Source: Octopus vulgaris
Lineage: Eukaryota
DNA length: 64,000 bases
Direction: 5' to 3'
Assembly: GCA_951406725.2 (NCBI GenBank)
Contig: OX597816.1
Coordinates: forward strand, 139,934,001-139,998,000
Positions 14,122 through 28,042 of the stretch are shown piece after piece. A program made the position numbers and the translations under genes. Under the pieces are notes generated by a model that saw nothing but the letters and a program-made list of their open reading frames with translations, did no database searches and was not told the origin of the DNA. The first letter of the stretch is position 1. Each line of letters starts with the position of its first letter.

Positions 14122-14127
<6 letters not shown>
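13935..14127. repeat. Triplicated cassette, module A copy 1
   Basis: Core AAGCTATATTTAAAGAGCTGCTGAGACAGG..AAAAGGAAGATTT..ATAAATCA..ACTGATG..GATTTACTC shared with 17583-17770 and 27080-27275. Confidence 0.9.
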
Positions 14128-14180
<53 letters not shown>

Positions 14181-14189
14181 CATATTATC

Positions 14190-14815
14190 TCTAGCTGCCC
14201 AGTCCTGGCTAAGAAGGAATATATTCACAGACATGACAGAGTTGGAACTTACATACATTGGAAGCTATGCCAACATTATGGAATAACAACAGAAAAAAGA
14301 TGGTATAGGCACACACCAGAAAAGGTCACAGAAAACGAGAAAGCAACCATACTCTGGGATATGCCGATACACACAGATAGAGAAATTAAGGCCAACAGAC
14401 CAGATATAGTTGTCAGAGACCATGAAGAACAAAAAATGCTTTCTAATTGATGTATCAGTACCGGCAGATGACAACGTGTCTCTAAAAGAAATGGAGAAAC
14501 TCTCAAAATACAAAGACCTGGAAATAGAGGTAACTAGAATGTGGAATCTGAAAACAGAAACAATTCCTATCATAGTAGGTGCATTAGGCATGATAAAAAA
14601 ATATTCAGACAAATACATAACAAAAACACCAGGACTTACAAACACATATAACATACAGAAAATTGCACTACTAGGTACTGCACACATCCTACGCAGAACA
14701 CTTTCCATACAATAACCATCAGAGCATCACAACAAATCACAGCACATACCCAAGGCACACAGAGCTGCGCTCGGTAGTGAAGTGAAAGCACGCTATAAAA
14801 ATAAAAATAAAACTA

Positions 14816-14820
<5 letters not shown>
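14190..14820 (+). mobile_element. 5'-truncated R4/Dong-like LINE inserted in (TAA)n
   Basis: HWKLC..ILWD..ANRPDIVV..FLIDVSVP..KLSKYKDL..IVGALG RLE domain and 3'UTR; (TAA)n on both flanks. Confidence 0.9.
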
Positions 14821-14875
<55 letters not shown>

Positions 14876-15298
14876 TTTTATATTTCTAACGTTTACACTC
14901 ATACTCATAGGTCACACATCTTTTTTGGGTGTGAGAGCAGTCAATTAGATCTATTTTATTTCTTAATGAGAACGTAGTTTATCGATCCGGCAAGGGTGAA
15001 TGTCAATGTTGACGCTGGCTGGATTTGAACTCAGACCATTAAGAACTGAAACAAATATTGCTAGCTATTTTGTCCGACACCCTAACGATTCTAGAAATCT
15101 ATAACGCTTGCGGTATTTTGAATTGAGAGCATAAAGAGACATAATTAAATGCTACCGGGCGTTTAATATACCGCTCTCTCATTTTTTTCCCACCCTACCA
15201 ATTATTTTTCTTTGTATATTATGTTGTATACGAAAATCTGACAGCGAAAAATTTGAAGAAATTTAGTAAACAGACGATGAGAATTTTATCCATAATTT

Positions 15299-15660
15299 TG
15301 AGTGCCGTGGCAAAGGGTACGGATTGACGTCGCCGTGGTTTCATATGATGAGCGTGTTTGACTGATGCTGACAACAATAACTGATATAAGTTGACAGGCT
15401 CTGATGTTTACTTACCTTCCGACGACTATGCTTCAATACAATTTTAAGGACAGTTGTAAATGAAAGTAATATGATTTGAACGTTTCGTTTTTAAAGATAC
15501 TTCCTGACTAAGATACTTGGCTTATCAGAAATAACAGCTTGGCTGTTATAATAATATATTTTGTCTTAATCTCATGCCTGAAAATGATAAGCTGTGGCTA
15601 AGTGGAGCTGTATCTAAAACATGGTTTATTGAATAAATACTTAGGATAAAAGGCTGCTTC
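15299..15660 (-). promoter_or_regulatory. Triplicated cassette, module B copy 1: TATA-like + Inr-like + 46-nt exon (15461-15416) + donor
   Basis: Minus strand TTTAAAA, then CTTTCATTT, then GAAG|GTAAGTAAAC; homologous to 21612-22010 and 29197-29570. Confidence 0.6.
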
Positions 15661-15791
15661 TTCGAGTTTGTAATTAACCTCGGTAAGAAAGACAGTTATT
15701 TATAAGTTAACAGCTCATTGAACAAATTTTTCATCTTGGTTTCGTTATTCGGTGATGGATATTTAAACGCATAACGCGACAAGTTATTGTG

Positions 15792-15847
<56 letters not shown>

Positions 15848-16034
15848 GCCTTATAGTTTTTTCTTCTGTTGAAAGATTAAAGGTGTATGATTGTATAAGA
15901 AATTATATTGGTTATGATTACGTCATATTTATACAAGATTTCAGATGTGTGTGTGTGGATGTACAAGTGTGTATATGTGTGAGCGAGTAAGTGTGTGTGC
16001 GCGTTGATGTACGAGGGTGTATATGTGTGTGAGC

Positions 16035-16133
<99 letters not shown>

Positions 16134-16366
16134 CATTGGTTATCTTGCAGAGAACATATCTTCTCACAGATTGTATCTCCTGCCTGCCTATTAAGCCATC
16201 GGTGCTATCCCAAACCGCTAGTTAATAAATGACCAATGATAACAAAGAAAACCTACACTTAAGGGAGTCTTTGAGTATTTACGAAGATCAACTGAGCAAT
16301 CTATTTCAGAGGACTTTCAACCTGAGGTCTACGGACAACGTCCAGAGCCAGCTTCTTACCACACAA

Positions 16367-16503
<137 letters not shown>

Positions 16504-17108
16504 ACTGTATGTACGTCGTTACGACATACAGCTAAACATTAAGCCAAGAATCTGCGTTTTGTACCATACCAGCATGATGTATTACAGACTTTGTATTCTG
16601 TCGCGAAATGTACTGCATCAACATACTCTTTGATGTGAATATTTGGCAGGAAGTTTCTTACTTGTATGTACGATATAGCTGTTCGAGTCGTGATGTTTAC
16701 AATTTTCATGTTTGCATTAAAATTTACATATCACATCGGTCATTTGTTTTGAGGTTTGCAGATTTATGCTTTCGTTGAAATGAGGATGGTTGCTTTTTTA
16801 TTTCTTCTTTTTTTAGTTGCATGATACTTCCCAACTGGGGAAAGAGCTGCAACAAACATCATTAACAACCTATTCATATAGGGTATAAGATCGGGGAGGT
16901 CTGTAAATGCTGAGCGAGCTACGAGTTCTATTGTTCCAAATAAAATATAAAGATCTAAAGAAATACGAAAAATAGTTAATAGAAAAAATCTTTATATCTC
17001 AATACAGTCGAGTTTTCAGTATAACATTTCCTACATGCAGACACACACACATACACATGTACATATATATATTTGTGTGTGAGCGAGTGTGGATGATATA
17101 TATAAACA

Positions 17109-17215
<107 letters not shown>

Positions 17216-17474
17216 CATATACAAATTTATATATATATATATATATACACACACACATGCATATATATATACATACATGCATATATATATACACACATGC
17301 ATATATATATACACATGCATACATGTCCGCTTGTGTATATAAGTATGTATGAATGTATGTGTCTGTATATATGTATGCATGTGCGTATGTTTGCATGTCT
17401 GTATAAATATACATTCGCATGTATATGATCTTTCATAATAAACTTTTAAAAAACCATGCGTCTATGTGTAGGTA

Positions 17475-17557
<83 letters not shown>

Positions 17558-17582
17558 ATTTGTTCGTTGGAGGAACATCTTC

Positions 17583-17770
17583 AAATTAAAAAGCTATATT
17601 TAAAGAGCTGCTGAGACAGGCAGATGTAAAAAAGGAAGATTTCTAAGTAACATGTCGCTGTAACCTTAATATAAATCAAACAGCAGACAGAAGTTGTGGC
17701 GGCGATACATCAAAATACTGTAGTAATAGGATGGGAGACTGATGGTGGGTGATTTACTCCATTGCATTAA
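17583..17770. repeat. Triplicated cassette, module A copy 2
   Basis: Aligns by eye to 13935-14127, with an identical stretch AAATTAAAAAGCTATATTTAAAGAGCTGCTGAGACAGGCAGATGT. Confidence 0.9.
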
Positions 17771-18399
17771 CTATAACTATAATAATGCTTTCAAATTTTG
17801 GGACAAGGCCAGCAATTTCGGGGAAGCGGGCAAGTCGAAATCAGTGTTTTACTGGTATTTATTTTAAAGACCCCGATTGAATGGAAGGCAAAGTCGATCC
17901 CGGCAGCATTTGATGTCAGAACGTAAAGACGGACGAAATCCCGCTGAGCAATCTGTCCGACGTGCTAAGCATTCTGTAAGCTCGCCGCCTTAACTCTAAT
18001 AATAATAACATAAGCTCAAGGCCGTACATTTTTAAGGTTGAAGGCAATCGAATAAATCTACCTTATTATTTGAACTTTATCAGTCCCGCTGGCCTAGAAG
18101 TCGAAGGAGATGGGATTTGATCTTAGGACGTAGAGATGTAATTTTAATTTGGTATGGCCTGACTCTCAACCAATTTTACCATTTCAAGATCATTCTTAAT
18201 AATAATTCCTTAGAAAGGCACACGGCCATTAATCGGTCTCAGCTATCGACACATTTTATCGATTCCAGAAGTCCGAGAAGCGAAGTTTATTCGACGGAAT
18301 TTGACATCAGGATATAAATAACCGGAAGAAATACCGCTAGGTCTTTTGCTTGATGTTCCAACGAGTTTACCAATTCATCAGGACTTCGAAACAGATCTG

Positions 18400-20020
18400 C
18401 TGAAGCTTATAAACAAAACCAAATTTCTTAAGTCCTCTAACACATTTCAATAGAAACTGAAAAAAGACATTAAAAACATTAAAAATTCCCCCAAAAAAAG
18501 GGATCTTTTTCTCATAAAACCAAGAACTTATACCTTGTAGAGAACAGCACATACAACTCCTACATAACAATGTTATTAGTAATTATACTAAAGCTAGACC
18601 ACAAGTTTATAACGACATTAATAAAGAAGCCAGTATCATCTCCGCTAGGTTTAAATTAGATAAAAAAGATAAGAGATCCTTCCAAAGAAAGAGGCCTTTA
18701 TAACTATGAAGGATCATAAAAAGAACATACCTAATCCTAAATGCAGACTAATTAACCCTGCAAAATCAGAAATTGGTATAATTAGTAAGGAAATTTTAAG
18801 AAAAATCAATGCTGAAGTTAGAGGGGTAACTAATTTAGTACAATGGTCCAATAGTATAGAAGTTGTTAACTGGTTTAAAGCAATTAGAAATAAGAATAAA
18901 GCAAGACTTACACAATTAGATATTGTAGATTTGTATGCATCTATTTCTAGAAAACTGCAAGCGGTTTTACAGAGATTAGTGAACAAGATAAGGATATAAT
19001 CCTCCATGCTAGAAAGACCTTACTCTTCAGCGAGAAGACGGCTGGCACATAGGGTTCTTTCGATGTGAGCATAGGGTTATATGATGGAGCAGGCATATGC
19101 GATTTCATTGGGCTATTCCTGCTTGACACGTTAGGAAAAAGCCTTTCCTGGTGTATATTTTGCTATTTATAGAGATGATGCTCTAGCTTTAGTTAAGAAC
19201 ACCAATGGACCAGCACAAGATCGGTTAAGGAAGGATATTATCCATCTTATAAAAACATTCGATCTTAGCATAACAACAGATACCAACCTGACGGTTGTCA
19301 ATTTCCTTGGAGTATCTCTAGATTTATAAAAGAACGTTTACAAACTCTATAGAAAGGCCAACGATAGACTTAGTTATATTAATGTAGGTTCCTGTCTCCA
19401 CCCCACCCCCATAGTGTTTAAGAATTTAGTTAAGAATATTAGTAGGAGAATTTCTAGCCTCTCTTCCAATATAAAATTATTTAATAACGCTGCCCCACTA
19501 TAAAAGAAAGCCCTTAAAGCTAGTGGATTTAAAGATGAAATGGCTTACACACCTGCTATTAGGCCAGAAATAAAGAAAAGAAAACATAGGCAAAGGAAAC
19601 TTATCTGGTTCACATTCCATTACTCCTCCTAAGTGACCCTGAATATAGGTAAATATTTCTTGTCACTTATAGATAGACATTTTCTAATACCTCATAAATA
19701 TAGGAAACTCTTTGATAAGCATAACTTAAAAATTAGTTTTAGTTCAACCCCAAAATTTAAAAATTACACACAATGCAAAACAACAACACGAAGCCGGCCG
19801 TTCCTGCAGAGATAAAAACTTGTGTCTGCTAAATGGAGCCTGTATGACCGAGGCCATTATTTATGAAACCACCGTCAATTCTATGAAAGCTAATAATACA
19901 GTTTCATCACAAGAGATTTGCGGGTCTCGCGGAGGGAAATTTCAAAGCAAGGTTCAACAACTACACCTTAAGCTTCAGGCACTGGAATAAACAAAAAACT
20001 ACCAAATTATACACGTACAT
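18400..20020 (+). mobile_element. Decayed Penelope-like element (RT + GIY-YIG remnant)
   Basis: KCRLINPAKSEIG, QW.NS..V..WF, LDIVDLYASI, FDVSIGLYDGAGICD, YRDDAL and a downstream C..NG.C....IIY motif; multiple stops and frameshifts. Confidence 0.85.
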
Positions 20021-20035
20021 GCGAGAGTGTGAATG

Positions 20036-20096
<61 letters not shown>

Positions 20097-20185
20097 AAAT
20101 AATAATAATAAATATTAGGGAATAAATCTAAATTTACAGGGAAAAATCAGATTTAGGATTGAATCCAATTTTATAGTAAAATATA

Positions 20186-20499
20186 ATATAATATTAATTA
20201 GAGACAAAACCACTATTATGCAAATCAAACAAAGAAAGACTTAATCCAATACATAAAAAATTTTATATAAATTAAATATAATTAAGATATCCACTACGAT
20301 CGTTTCTTGTCACTTCTATTGACATTCATCAGGTGGTTTCAAGACCTTCTTTGCCAGTTTTAAACCTGATGAATGTCAATAGAAGTGACAAGAAACGATC
20401 GTAGTGGATATCTTAATTATATTTAATTTATATAAAATTTTTATGTATTGGATTAAGTCTTTCTTTGTTTGATTTGCATAATAGTGGTTTTGTCTCTAA

Positions 20500-20511
<12 letters not shown>
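20186..20511. repeat. ~149-bp-arm inverted repeat (20186-20334 / 20364-20511) with 29-nt spacer, Penelope-type inverted terminus
   Basis: Arms match except for one A-run indel; each arm carries a hammerhead core; embedded in (TA)n. Confidence 0.9.
20291..20336 (-). ncRNA. Minimal type I hammerhead ribozyme
   Basis: CCAC-CUGAUGA-a-UGUCA(auagaag)UGACA-a-GAAAC-gauc-GUA-GUGG: full core, stems I and II, palindromic stem III ACGAUCGU. Confidence 0.8.
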
Positions 20512-20561
<50 letters not shown>

Positions 20562-21611
20562 GTATATTTATATGTATAAATGTCTAAATATATTTGTAAA
20601 CATGCAGACACCTATGTCTATATGAAGATGAAGTTGCCTGTACATATACATCTATATATATTTCGAAATTTCGAGTACTCTAATGACAACTTACTGTTTG
20701 TCCTAAATTACACACACACACACACACACACACATAGACACACACACACACACACACATAGACACACACACACACACACGCGCGCATATATATATATATA
20801 TATATAATGATATTGATTTCTTTATTTGTCGACAGTTGATGAAATGACCTTAGAAGAACAAATCACAATAATAAGTTTTAACATAAGTTCTGAAGGTAAA
20901 ACTAATTACAATAACTAAATGAGATATGAGGACTGGAAATACAAAGTTTCGAGCACTTTTCTCTGTTCAGAGGAAAAAAATTTTGAGGCATATGTCAGGG
21001 TTGTTAAGAAGCAAACCTCCATCCATAAGACAAGTTTCCGAGAAAGCTGGATTTTTAACTTCTTAACAGCTGATCAATTGATTGGAATTTATTTTCATCT
21101 ACAAAATTTTATGGATTAACTTTTGCTGATACACTTCTATCGGTTTTCCCTAGATTCTCGGTTATACTTCTTCAGTGCTATTTGTTGACTTCAATGAACG
21201 AACGGAAAAGTTGAAAACTGCAGGAGATATATGGAATATTGGTAACAAATTTTGGCACAAGGCCAGCGACTTTGGAGGAAGGGCTAAATGGATTACATCG
21301 ACCACAGTGCTTATCTGGTACTTACTTTATCGACCCCAAAAGGATGACAAGCAAAGTCGACCTTGACGGAATTTGAACTCAGAACGTACCGACGGACGAA
21401 ACGCCGCTAAATATTTTGTTGCCTCAAAGATATGAAATATTCTAAAAAATTTAATCAACCACACACCATCTCTCTCACCCCTCCAAAGTTTTCCATGTGT
21501 ATTATGATTTTCTACTCGAAAATTTGACTAGATTGAAGAAAAATAATTTTTAAAAAACCAATAAAACCGAAACAGAGTCGGAAGTTTACGCCAATTTTAT
21601 TTATTTATTTT

Positions 21612-22010
21612 TAGTGCCGTGGGAAAAAGGTACGGGTTATCATAGTCGTGTCTTATGTGATAAGTTTATTTGACTGATGCAGACAACAACAGCTCATACG
21701 TCCTGTTCGGAAGTTGACAGGCAGTGAAATGTTTACTTACCTACTGACAACTATACTTCAATACAAATTTAAGGACATTTACTAATGAAAGTAACATGCT
21801 TTCAACTTCTGATTGTTTTGTTTTTTAAAGATACGTTTGGCTAATAATACATACAATCTTTAGTTAATCATAAATGTTAAGCTAGCTATTGCATTACACT
21901 TGGCTTTAATCTCATACTTAAAATCTGTTATGCCGGGATTAATTTGGGACAGTTTGGGACATGGGTTTTAATTTCTTGTTGACAAAATACTTAAAATAAC
22001 ACTTAAGAAC
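21612..22010 (-). promoter_or_regulatory. Triplicated cassette, module B copy 2 (46-nt exon 21786-21741)
   Basis: CTTTCATTA Inr-like motif, TAG|GTAAGTAAAC donor, conserved intron-side block AGTGCCGTGG..TTTGACTGATGC. Confidence 0.6.
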
Positions 22011-22134
22011 TTAAATCATAGAACGTAACGAATTTTTCGTTAGACGGATAATAAATTCAAGCTGATTAATTACAAAACATAGTCTTCGAAACAGTTTCAA
22101 TCGTTGATGTTGGATAAACTTGCCATACATTCCA

Positions 22135-22359
22135 CGAGCTGGCAGAACCGTTAGCACGCCGGGCGAAATGTGTAGCCATATTTCGTCTGCCGCTACGTTC
22201 TGAGTTCAAATTCCGCCGAGGTCGACTTTGCCTTTCATCCTTTCGGGGTCGATTAAATAAGTACCAGTTACGCACTGGGTCGATGTAATTGACTTAATCC
22301 CTTTATCTGTCCTTGTTTGTCCCCTCTATGTTTAGCCCCCTGTGTGCAATAAAGAAATA
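22135..22359 (+). mobile_element. Young Meta-domain-type SINE with Tx1-like tail
   Basis: Complete head, core and tail ending AATAAAGAAATA; TSD CATACATTCCA at 22124-22134 and 22360-22370. Confidence 0.9.
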
Positions 22360-22959
22360 CATACATTCCAATACCCATTCAGAAATGTATGCCAGTCACA
22401 TGGTTCTTTCTTTTTATTTATTCATACATTTATTGTCTCTTCTATCATCAGAACTGAAGCCGTACGAGAAACAATGAATTTGAAAGATTCAATATAAGTA
22501 ATGATTCATTACATTGGTACAAAAACAAAAGTATGAAGAGGCAAGATAAGGTGCCATCAGTCTAAGGAGGTGGCAGAAAAAAGGTACCGGGTCAATCTGA
22601 TGCAAGAAGAAGAAGGTTGTACGTGATAAAAGTAATCATAAAATTAGAATTCAGAACATTAAAAAGTTAAATTGAAAAATGTTTTGAAATTCTAGCATTG
22701 GTTATATGTGCAGTAGCATGTGTCTGTATCAGCTTGTTCATATATATACGCACACACATATACATGTGTGTGTGTGTACAAAAGTGTACACATCTTGCTC
22801 GGTCTTTCGAGCCCAGTTAGCTTCCACTATCAATATGAATATTACATTATTATACTATCATATATGTGTTCTTTTAAATTTCTGAAGTTTTGGGATGGTT
22901 TTAGATGGCAACAAGCGAGGATCCTCTGACAATCATGCTTTATGATTGAATTTCCCAGG

Positions 22960-23800
22960 CAATTCCACCATCGCACCAAAAATATCAGAAGGGTTCTAAG
23001 AACAGGTGATCAAGCGCGTGATAGGAAAACGGACAAGAATGAAATACAAAGAGAGCACGTCAGACGAGTTGAAGACAACCCCGTGCACGGCCAATTTTGG
23101 TGAGCACTGAAGACGTATATGGAAAAAAAATCCCGGGCTTGGTTAAAAAAGGGACAATTAAAAAAAGAAACAGAGAGCTTAATTCTAGCAGCCCAGGATC
23201 AAACGATAAAAACAAGCAACTTGAAAAAATATACATATGGAAAGAACGTGTCAGAAAAATGTAGAGTCTGTGGAATTTGGAACGAGACAGTAGCATACAT
23301 TGTGACAGAATGCCCCAAGTTGGCACAGGGAGAATATAAGAAATCGAGGCACAACCAGGTTGTGAAAGTTTTACACTGGAAACTGTGCCAGAAATTGGGA
23401 TTTGAAGCTGGAAATACATGGTAAATCACCGAATCGAAAGAGTACTGGAGTTGGAGAAATGTAAGAATTTGTGGGACCTACCTATTCAAACGGACAATAA
23501 ATTAGAAAATAATAGACCGAATATAACAATTATAAATAGGGAAAAGTGAAGTTGCTTACTGATCTACCCATCATGCCCTTTTCAGTTCAGGATCGTAAAG
23601 AAAGAGGACGAAAGTGCCTATGATAACTGGTGCGTTGGGAACAGTAAGCAAAGATATAAACAAATGGCTGAAGGAGATTGGAATAGAATGCCCAGTCGAG
23701 CTTCTACAGAAAGTTTGTCTCTTAGGAACAGCAAGGATTGTCACGAGGGTACTAAGCACTTGTAAGATAGCTGAAAACTTGTGGATACCTAAGTAATCCG
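22960..23800 (+). mobile_element. Decayed R4/Dong-like LINE 3' portion
   Basis: LKKETESLILAAQDQ, CRVCG..ETV..IVTECP, RHNQV..LHWKLC, NRPNI, ITGALG. Confidence 0.85.
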
Positions 23801-25049
23801 CTACGAAATAAATCCTACAGTTTCCGTCTACAAAATCCACTCACAAGGCGTTGGTCGGCCCGAGGCTATAGAAGAAGACACTTGCCCAAGGTGCCACGTA
23901 GTGTGCCACACAGCTACTCCTGCGCCTATACTACTACTACTACTACTACTGTATTTTTGTATGTACGTTTGTATACATTTATGCATTTGTCCGTGTGTCT
24001 AGCTATCTATACACATACACATGCACACATACATAAAAAATATGTATGTATATGTATTTATATATTGTTCGTGTATATGTATTTATGTATGTACGTGTAT
24101 ATGAAAGATAATGGGTGTACGTATGTGACTAACTACAAACACATAGAGCTGAACACTATGCACAAAAAAATAAATAAAATTTTTTTACGGAAATTAACGA
24201 ACAATCATATGATCAAATTTTGATGCTTTCAGGGTTATAGGGAAAGAATGACCGCCCATCACTACCACATACACACATTACACACCCATCTATTTTGATA
24301 TATTGTGAAGTAACTACCGTTAAGTCATTGAACTTGTGCGTAGCTGATTGTTTCATCAAATTGGTCGCACATACGGCGTTCCGTCAAGTTATTCTACTCC
24401 AGAATATATAATCTCTGTTACTATCACGTAAAGAGACTGCTGATCTAACAAGATATTTACCAGGTCTTTTAGTCTCTTGTGTGTGACCGACTATAAGTTA
24501 AATTGTGAATTATTGATTTTGAGAAAGAAAAGGAATATTAATACTTTAATTTAGAAACAGAATTAGAGTGTAAATATTTTTAGTAGTTCGAAACTTGAAT
24601 AAATTTTTCTTCTTTAAAATAATGAAAATATATTGGAATATGTATTTATCTTTTGTGAATAACATTCATATATTTAATTTCGGCGCAGGCGACGCTTTTT
24701 GATAAAAAGTTTGCTTCTCGACCACATGGTTTTAGATTCATTTGTATATGTGTGTGTGCGTGCGTGTGTGTGTATGTATGTGTGTGTGAGTGTGTATGAA
24801 TGTGTGTGTGTGTGTGTGTGTTCGTGTCTGTATTCATCCCCCACCACCGTCAGACAACCGGTATTGGTGTGCTTATGTCCGCGTGACTAGAAAAATCAAA
24901 CAAGCATCTAACGAACACTTATAGACTATTATGTGTGTGTCCGTCCCCGCATGTATGTATAAGTATATGCATATGTGTATGTGTGTGTGTGTGTATACAT
25001 ACAAGCATAAATACATACACGCGCGCGCGCACATACAAACACATATGCA

Positions 25050-26560
25050 AATGTTCTTATTGTTTGTCCGTGCATTTGTCAATCCGACGGGGACCATCTA
25101 GTCATCCTGGAATGGTCGGGTCTTGTGAGAGCTCGGATGGCCTGTTAGTCTAGGCCGCACATGGAAGTGTTCTTTGGCGATGTGAAACATATTCAAGCAA
25201 TCCTCTGAGATCTGATTGCATTTCTCTTTCTGCTGTTTTTGCATAACTCAGAGACAGTCACTCTGTTAACCTTACATGTCACGGCGCTCTTGGCGACTGC
25301 TTAAGGCCATTCTCCGCAATTCATCGCTGTCAGCTCCCATTTTTTTATGGATGTTACTGAATACCTTCAATGAAGCTTTCCGTATGTCTTCGTAGCGCTT
25401 TTTTCTAGCCTTCTATGGAGCATTTATCATGCTAGATTTTTGACGTAGAAATGTTTCTTCGGGAGCTGGTGTTCTGGCATGCGAAACCATCTGACTAGTG
25501 CAGCTGTAAGTGCATCAGAATTGTCCGGATGCTGGGTTGGGCAGTTCACTAAAAGACAGTACCTCTGAGTTAGGAAATATGTCCGGCCACTCAACCCCAG
25601 GAATTTTCCTGAAGGCGAAGTTATGGAAATGATTCAGCTTCTTTAAGTTCTGTTGGTAGCTTGTCAGTGCCTCACAGTCATAAAGATGTGTCGTGAGAAC
25701 TATGATCCGGTACAACTTAATCTTTGTCTTTAGTGTGATACCTCTCCTGTTCCACTTCGGGCTTATCTTCCCTCATTCGTGCAGACGTGTCAATGCTAAT
25801 CGCTGTCAAAGAAAGAAAAAATGAAATGGTAAGCTGAAAATATTCAGAGCGTATTGAATTGCCCTTCCCCCATCAATGATGAAGTTATCGACTGTCACCT
25901 TCAGGTTCCGATTGATAAGGTACTGGAAGATTTACAAAAAAGCAATACGTCTGATTATCCCTAGTAAAGCATTTATTTCAGGCTCCATCCAAGCTGGGAT
26001 CGACAAAGACGGTGCATTTGCTCTGACTGACACGCTTCATGAACTGTTCCGGCTAATTGTGCGGCATGTGATTGTTCTTCAAGGTTTCAAATATGCATCA
26101 ATTATCCACCAGATGTTTGCTACCAGACAGCTTCAAGAGAAATCTCATTAACAAAATACTGAACTGTATTCCACATGCATTGATCTAACAAGGGCTTTCG
26201 TCACTGCAGGTATATAAGGCCATTGAAGAATCATAACAAAGTATGGCTGTACCAGAACATTTATTACCGTTGTATACAAAGGCATGCAGGCCAGAGTTCA
26301 AGACAACGGAAAGATATTAGAACCATTCTTTCTCCAACAGAGTGAAACTGGATTGTGTCATTGTTCCCGCCCTGTTCAACGTAATATCTTCAGCCAAATC
26401 GACAGACGCGTTTAACAATACATCTACCGGTGGCTCAGTCTTCTACCTCAGGAAACTTTAAGCACAGCCCAACGTTCCGAAAGGGAACGTAAATGACTTT
26501 CAGTTTATCGATCACTTTCACTTCAACTCTGCCTTCGAAGTGTACATGCAATAAGTTCTC
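25050..26560. mobile_element. Decayed RTE-clade LINE, 3' part on minus and RT part on plus
   Basis: YRIIVLTTHLYDCEA..LNHFH..RKI..W.D..PNSEVL on minus; IDLTRAF and GVKLDCVI.P.LFN-like remnants on plus. Confidence 0.7.
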
Positions 26561-27079
26561 TGATGCTTGTAACAATAAATGAATTTATAAAGCTATAAAT
26601 CCTGTTTAGTATCGAACAATTTATTTCACTCATTTACCATAATTAATTACCTACACAACTGATATTTCGATGTATTTTAGCTGTTTCTAATTGTCAAGTT
26701 ACCCAGGACTGCAGATATTCTACGGGTATCGTTCTTGCATATATGATTGTCGCATCGCCATTTAGTCATCATTTCGCCAACCTCCGTGAGAATATAAAAC
26801 TCTCTATATACACATACTAGAATGTATGCGTGCGCTTGTGTGTGTCTGTATATTTGTGTTAGTGCGATTGTGTATATGTGTGTGTGTATGCGTGCGTATT
26901 CCTCTGTGTGTGTATGCGTGGGTATTCCTGTGTGTGTGTGTGTGCACGCGCGTGTATATGTGCGTGTGTATGTGTATGTGTGTGTGTGTGCACGCGCGTG
27001 TATATGTGCGTGTGTATGTGTGTGTGTGTATGTGTGTGTGTGTGCGTGCGTATTCCTATATATGCGTGTGTGATGAAAG

Positions 27080-27275
27080 AAAGTCATCAAGTTAGAAAGC
27101 TTTATTTAAAGAGCTGCTGAGACAGGAGAACGTTAAAAGGAAGATTTATTAGTGACATGTCGCAGTAACTTCTACATAAATCAGACAATAAACAGCAGTT
27201 GTGGCGGTGATACATCAATATGTTGTAATAAGAAGAAAGATGACTGATGTCAGATGATTTACTCTCTTGTATTAA
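27080..27275. repeat. Triplicated cassette, module A copy 3
   Basis: Aligns to copies 1 and 2 (TATTTAAAGAGCTGCTGAGACAGG, GTTAAAAGGAAGATTTATTAGTGACAT, AAATCAGACAATAAACAGCAGT). Confidence 0.9.
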
Positions 27276-27549
27276 TTATAATAATATCTAACGTTGGCAT
27301 AAAGCGACACAGTTTTGAGGGTGGGAACAATTTTAATTGAATCTACCTTGGCAGATGATTGCAAAGTCGAAAGACGTAACAGCGTCACAAGATATATCAT
27401 GCAATTCTTAATAGATTCCATCTAACACTCTTTTCCTCTCTTCCTCGTTTCATTCACTGGATTGTGGCCTTACTGGGGCAACGCTTTGTAAAGTATATTC
27501 GGCCAATTATATCCCTGTATTTGTTTAAAGCCTGGTGCTTATTCTATCT

Positions 27550-27855
27550 GTATTTCTTCAACAAGATAATCTTATCCGTGTCCTACACACAGATCTACTT
27601 GGCCTCAAGAAGTTAAAGTTCAGGCGTGAGGTTAAGAAAAAGTTCAATATTTTGAAGCCAGAGTAGCATTTACGATAAACCAAGTAAATTAGTCGGGGCG
27701 TATTTTTAAATATCAAACGTCGAACCATGATACTATCATTTTCAACCGGCTTTAAAATTGCATTGAAGAGTAGATTATCTTGTTGAAGAAATACTTAAGA
27801 TAACAAGTTTATCCCTCAGAACTTTAAATAAGGCTCTTGATTAGACCGATTGTCG
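27550..27855. repeat. Inverted copy (27550-27773) of 29318-29541 fused to a direct copy (27774-27855) of 29521-29600
   Basis: Direct sequence comparison; the inverted part is near-identical and the direct part is more diverged. Confidence 0.9.
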
Positions 27856-27957
27856 ACTCTCTAAATTCCGGTGATGTAAAGGAATAAACAACGCTCTCAA
27901 GTGTTGGTAACAATAAAACAATTCTAAACACTCGCAGTCACAGGAGTTTCTCCTTCT

Positions 27958-28002
<45 letters not shown>

Positions 28003-28004
28003 AT

Positions 28005-28035
<31 letters not shown>

Positions 28036-28042
28036 TACACAT

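Noticed and set aside
15345-15366. ATGATGA..CTGA resembling a C/D box snoRNA in module B
   Set aside because: The boxes are only ~10 nt apart and the C box is not conserved in copies 2 and 3 (TGATAA)
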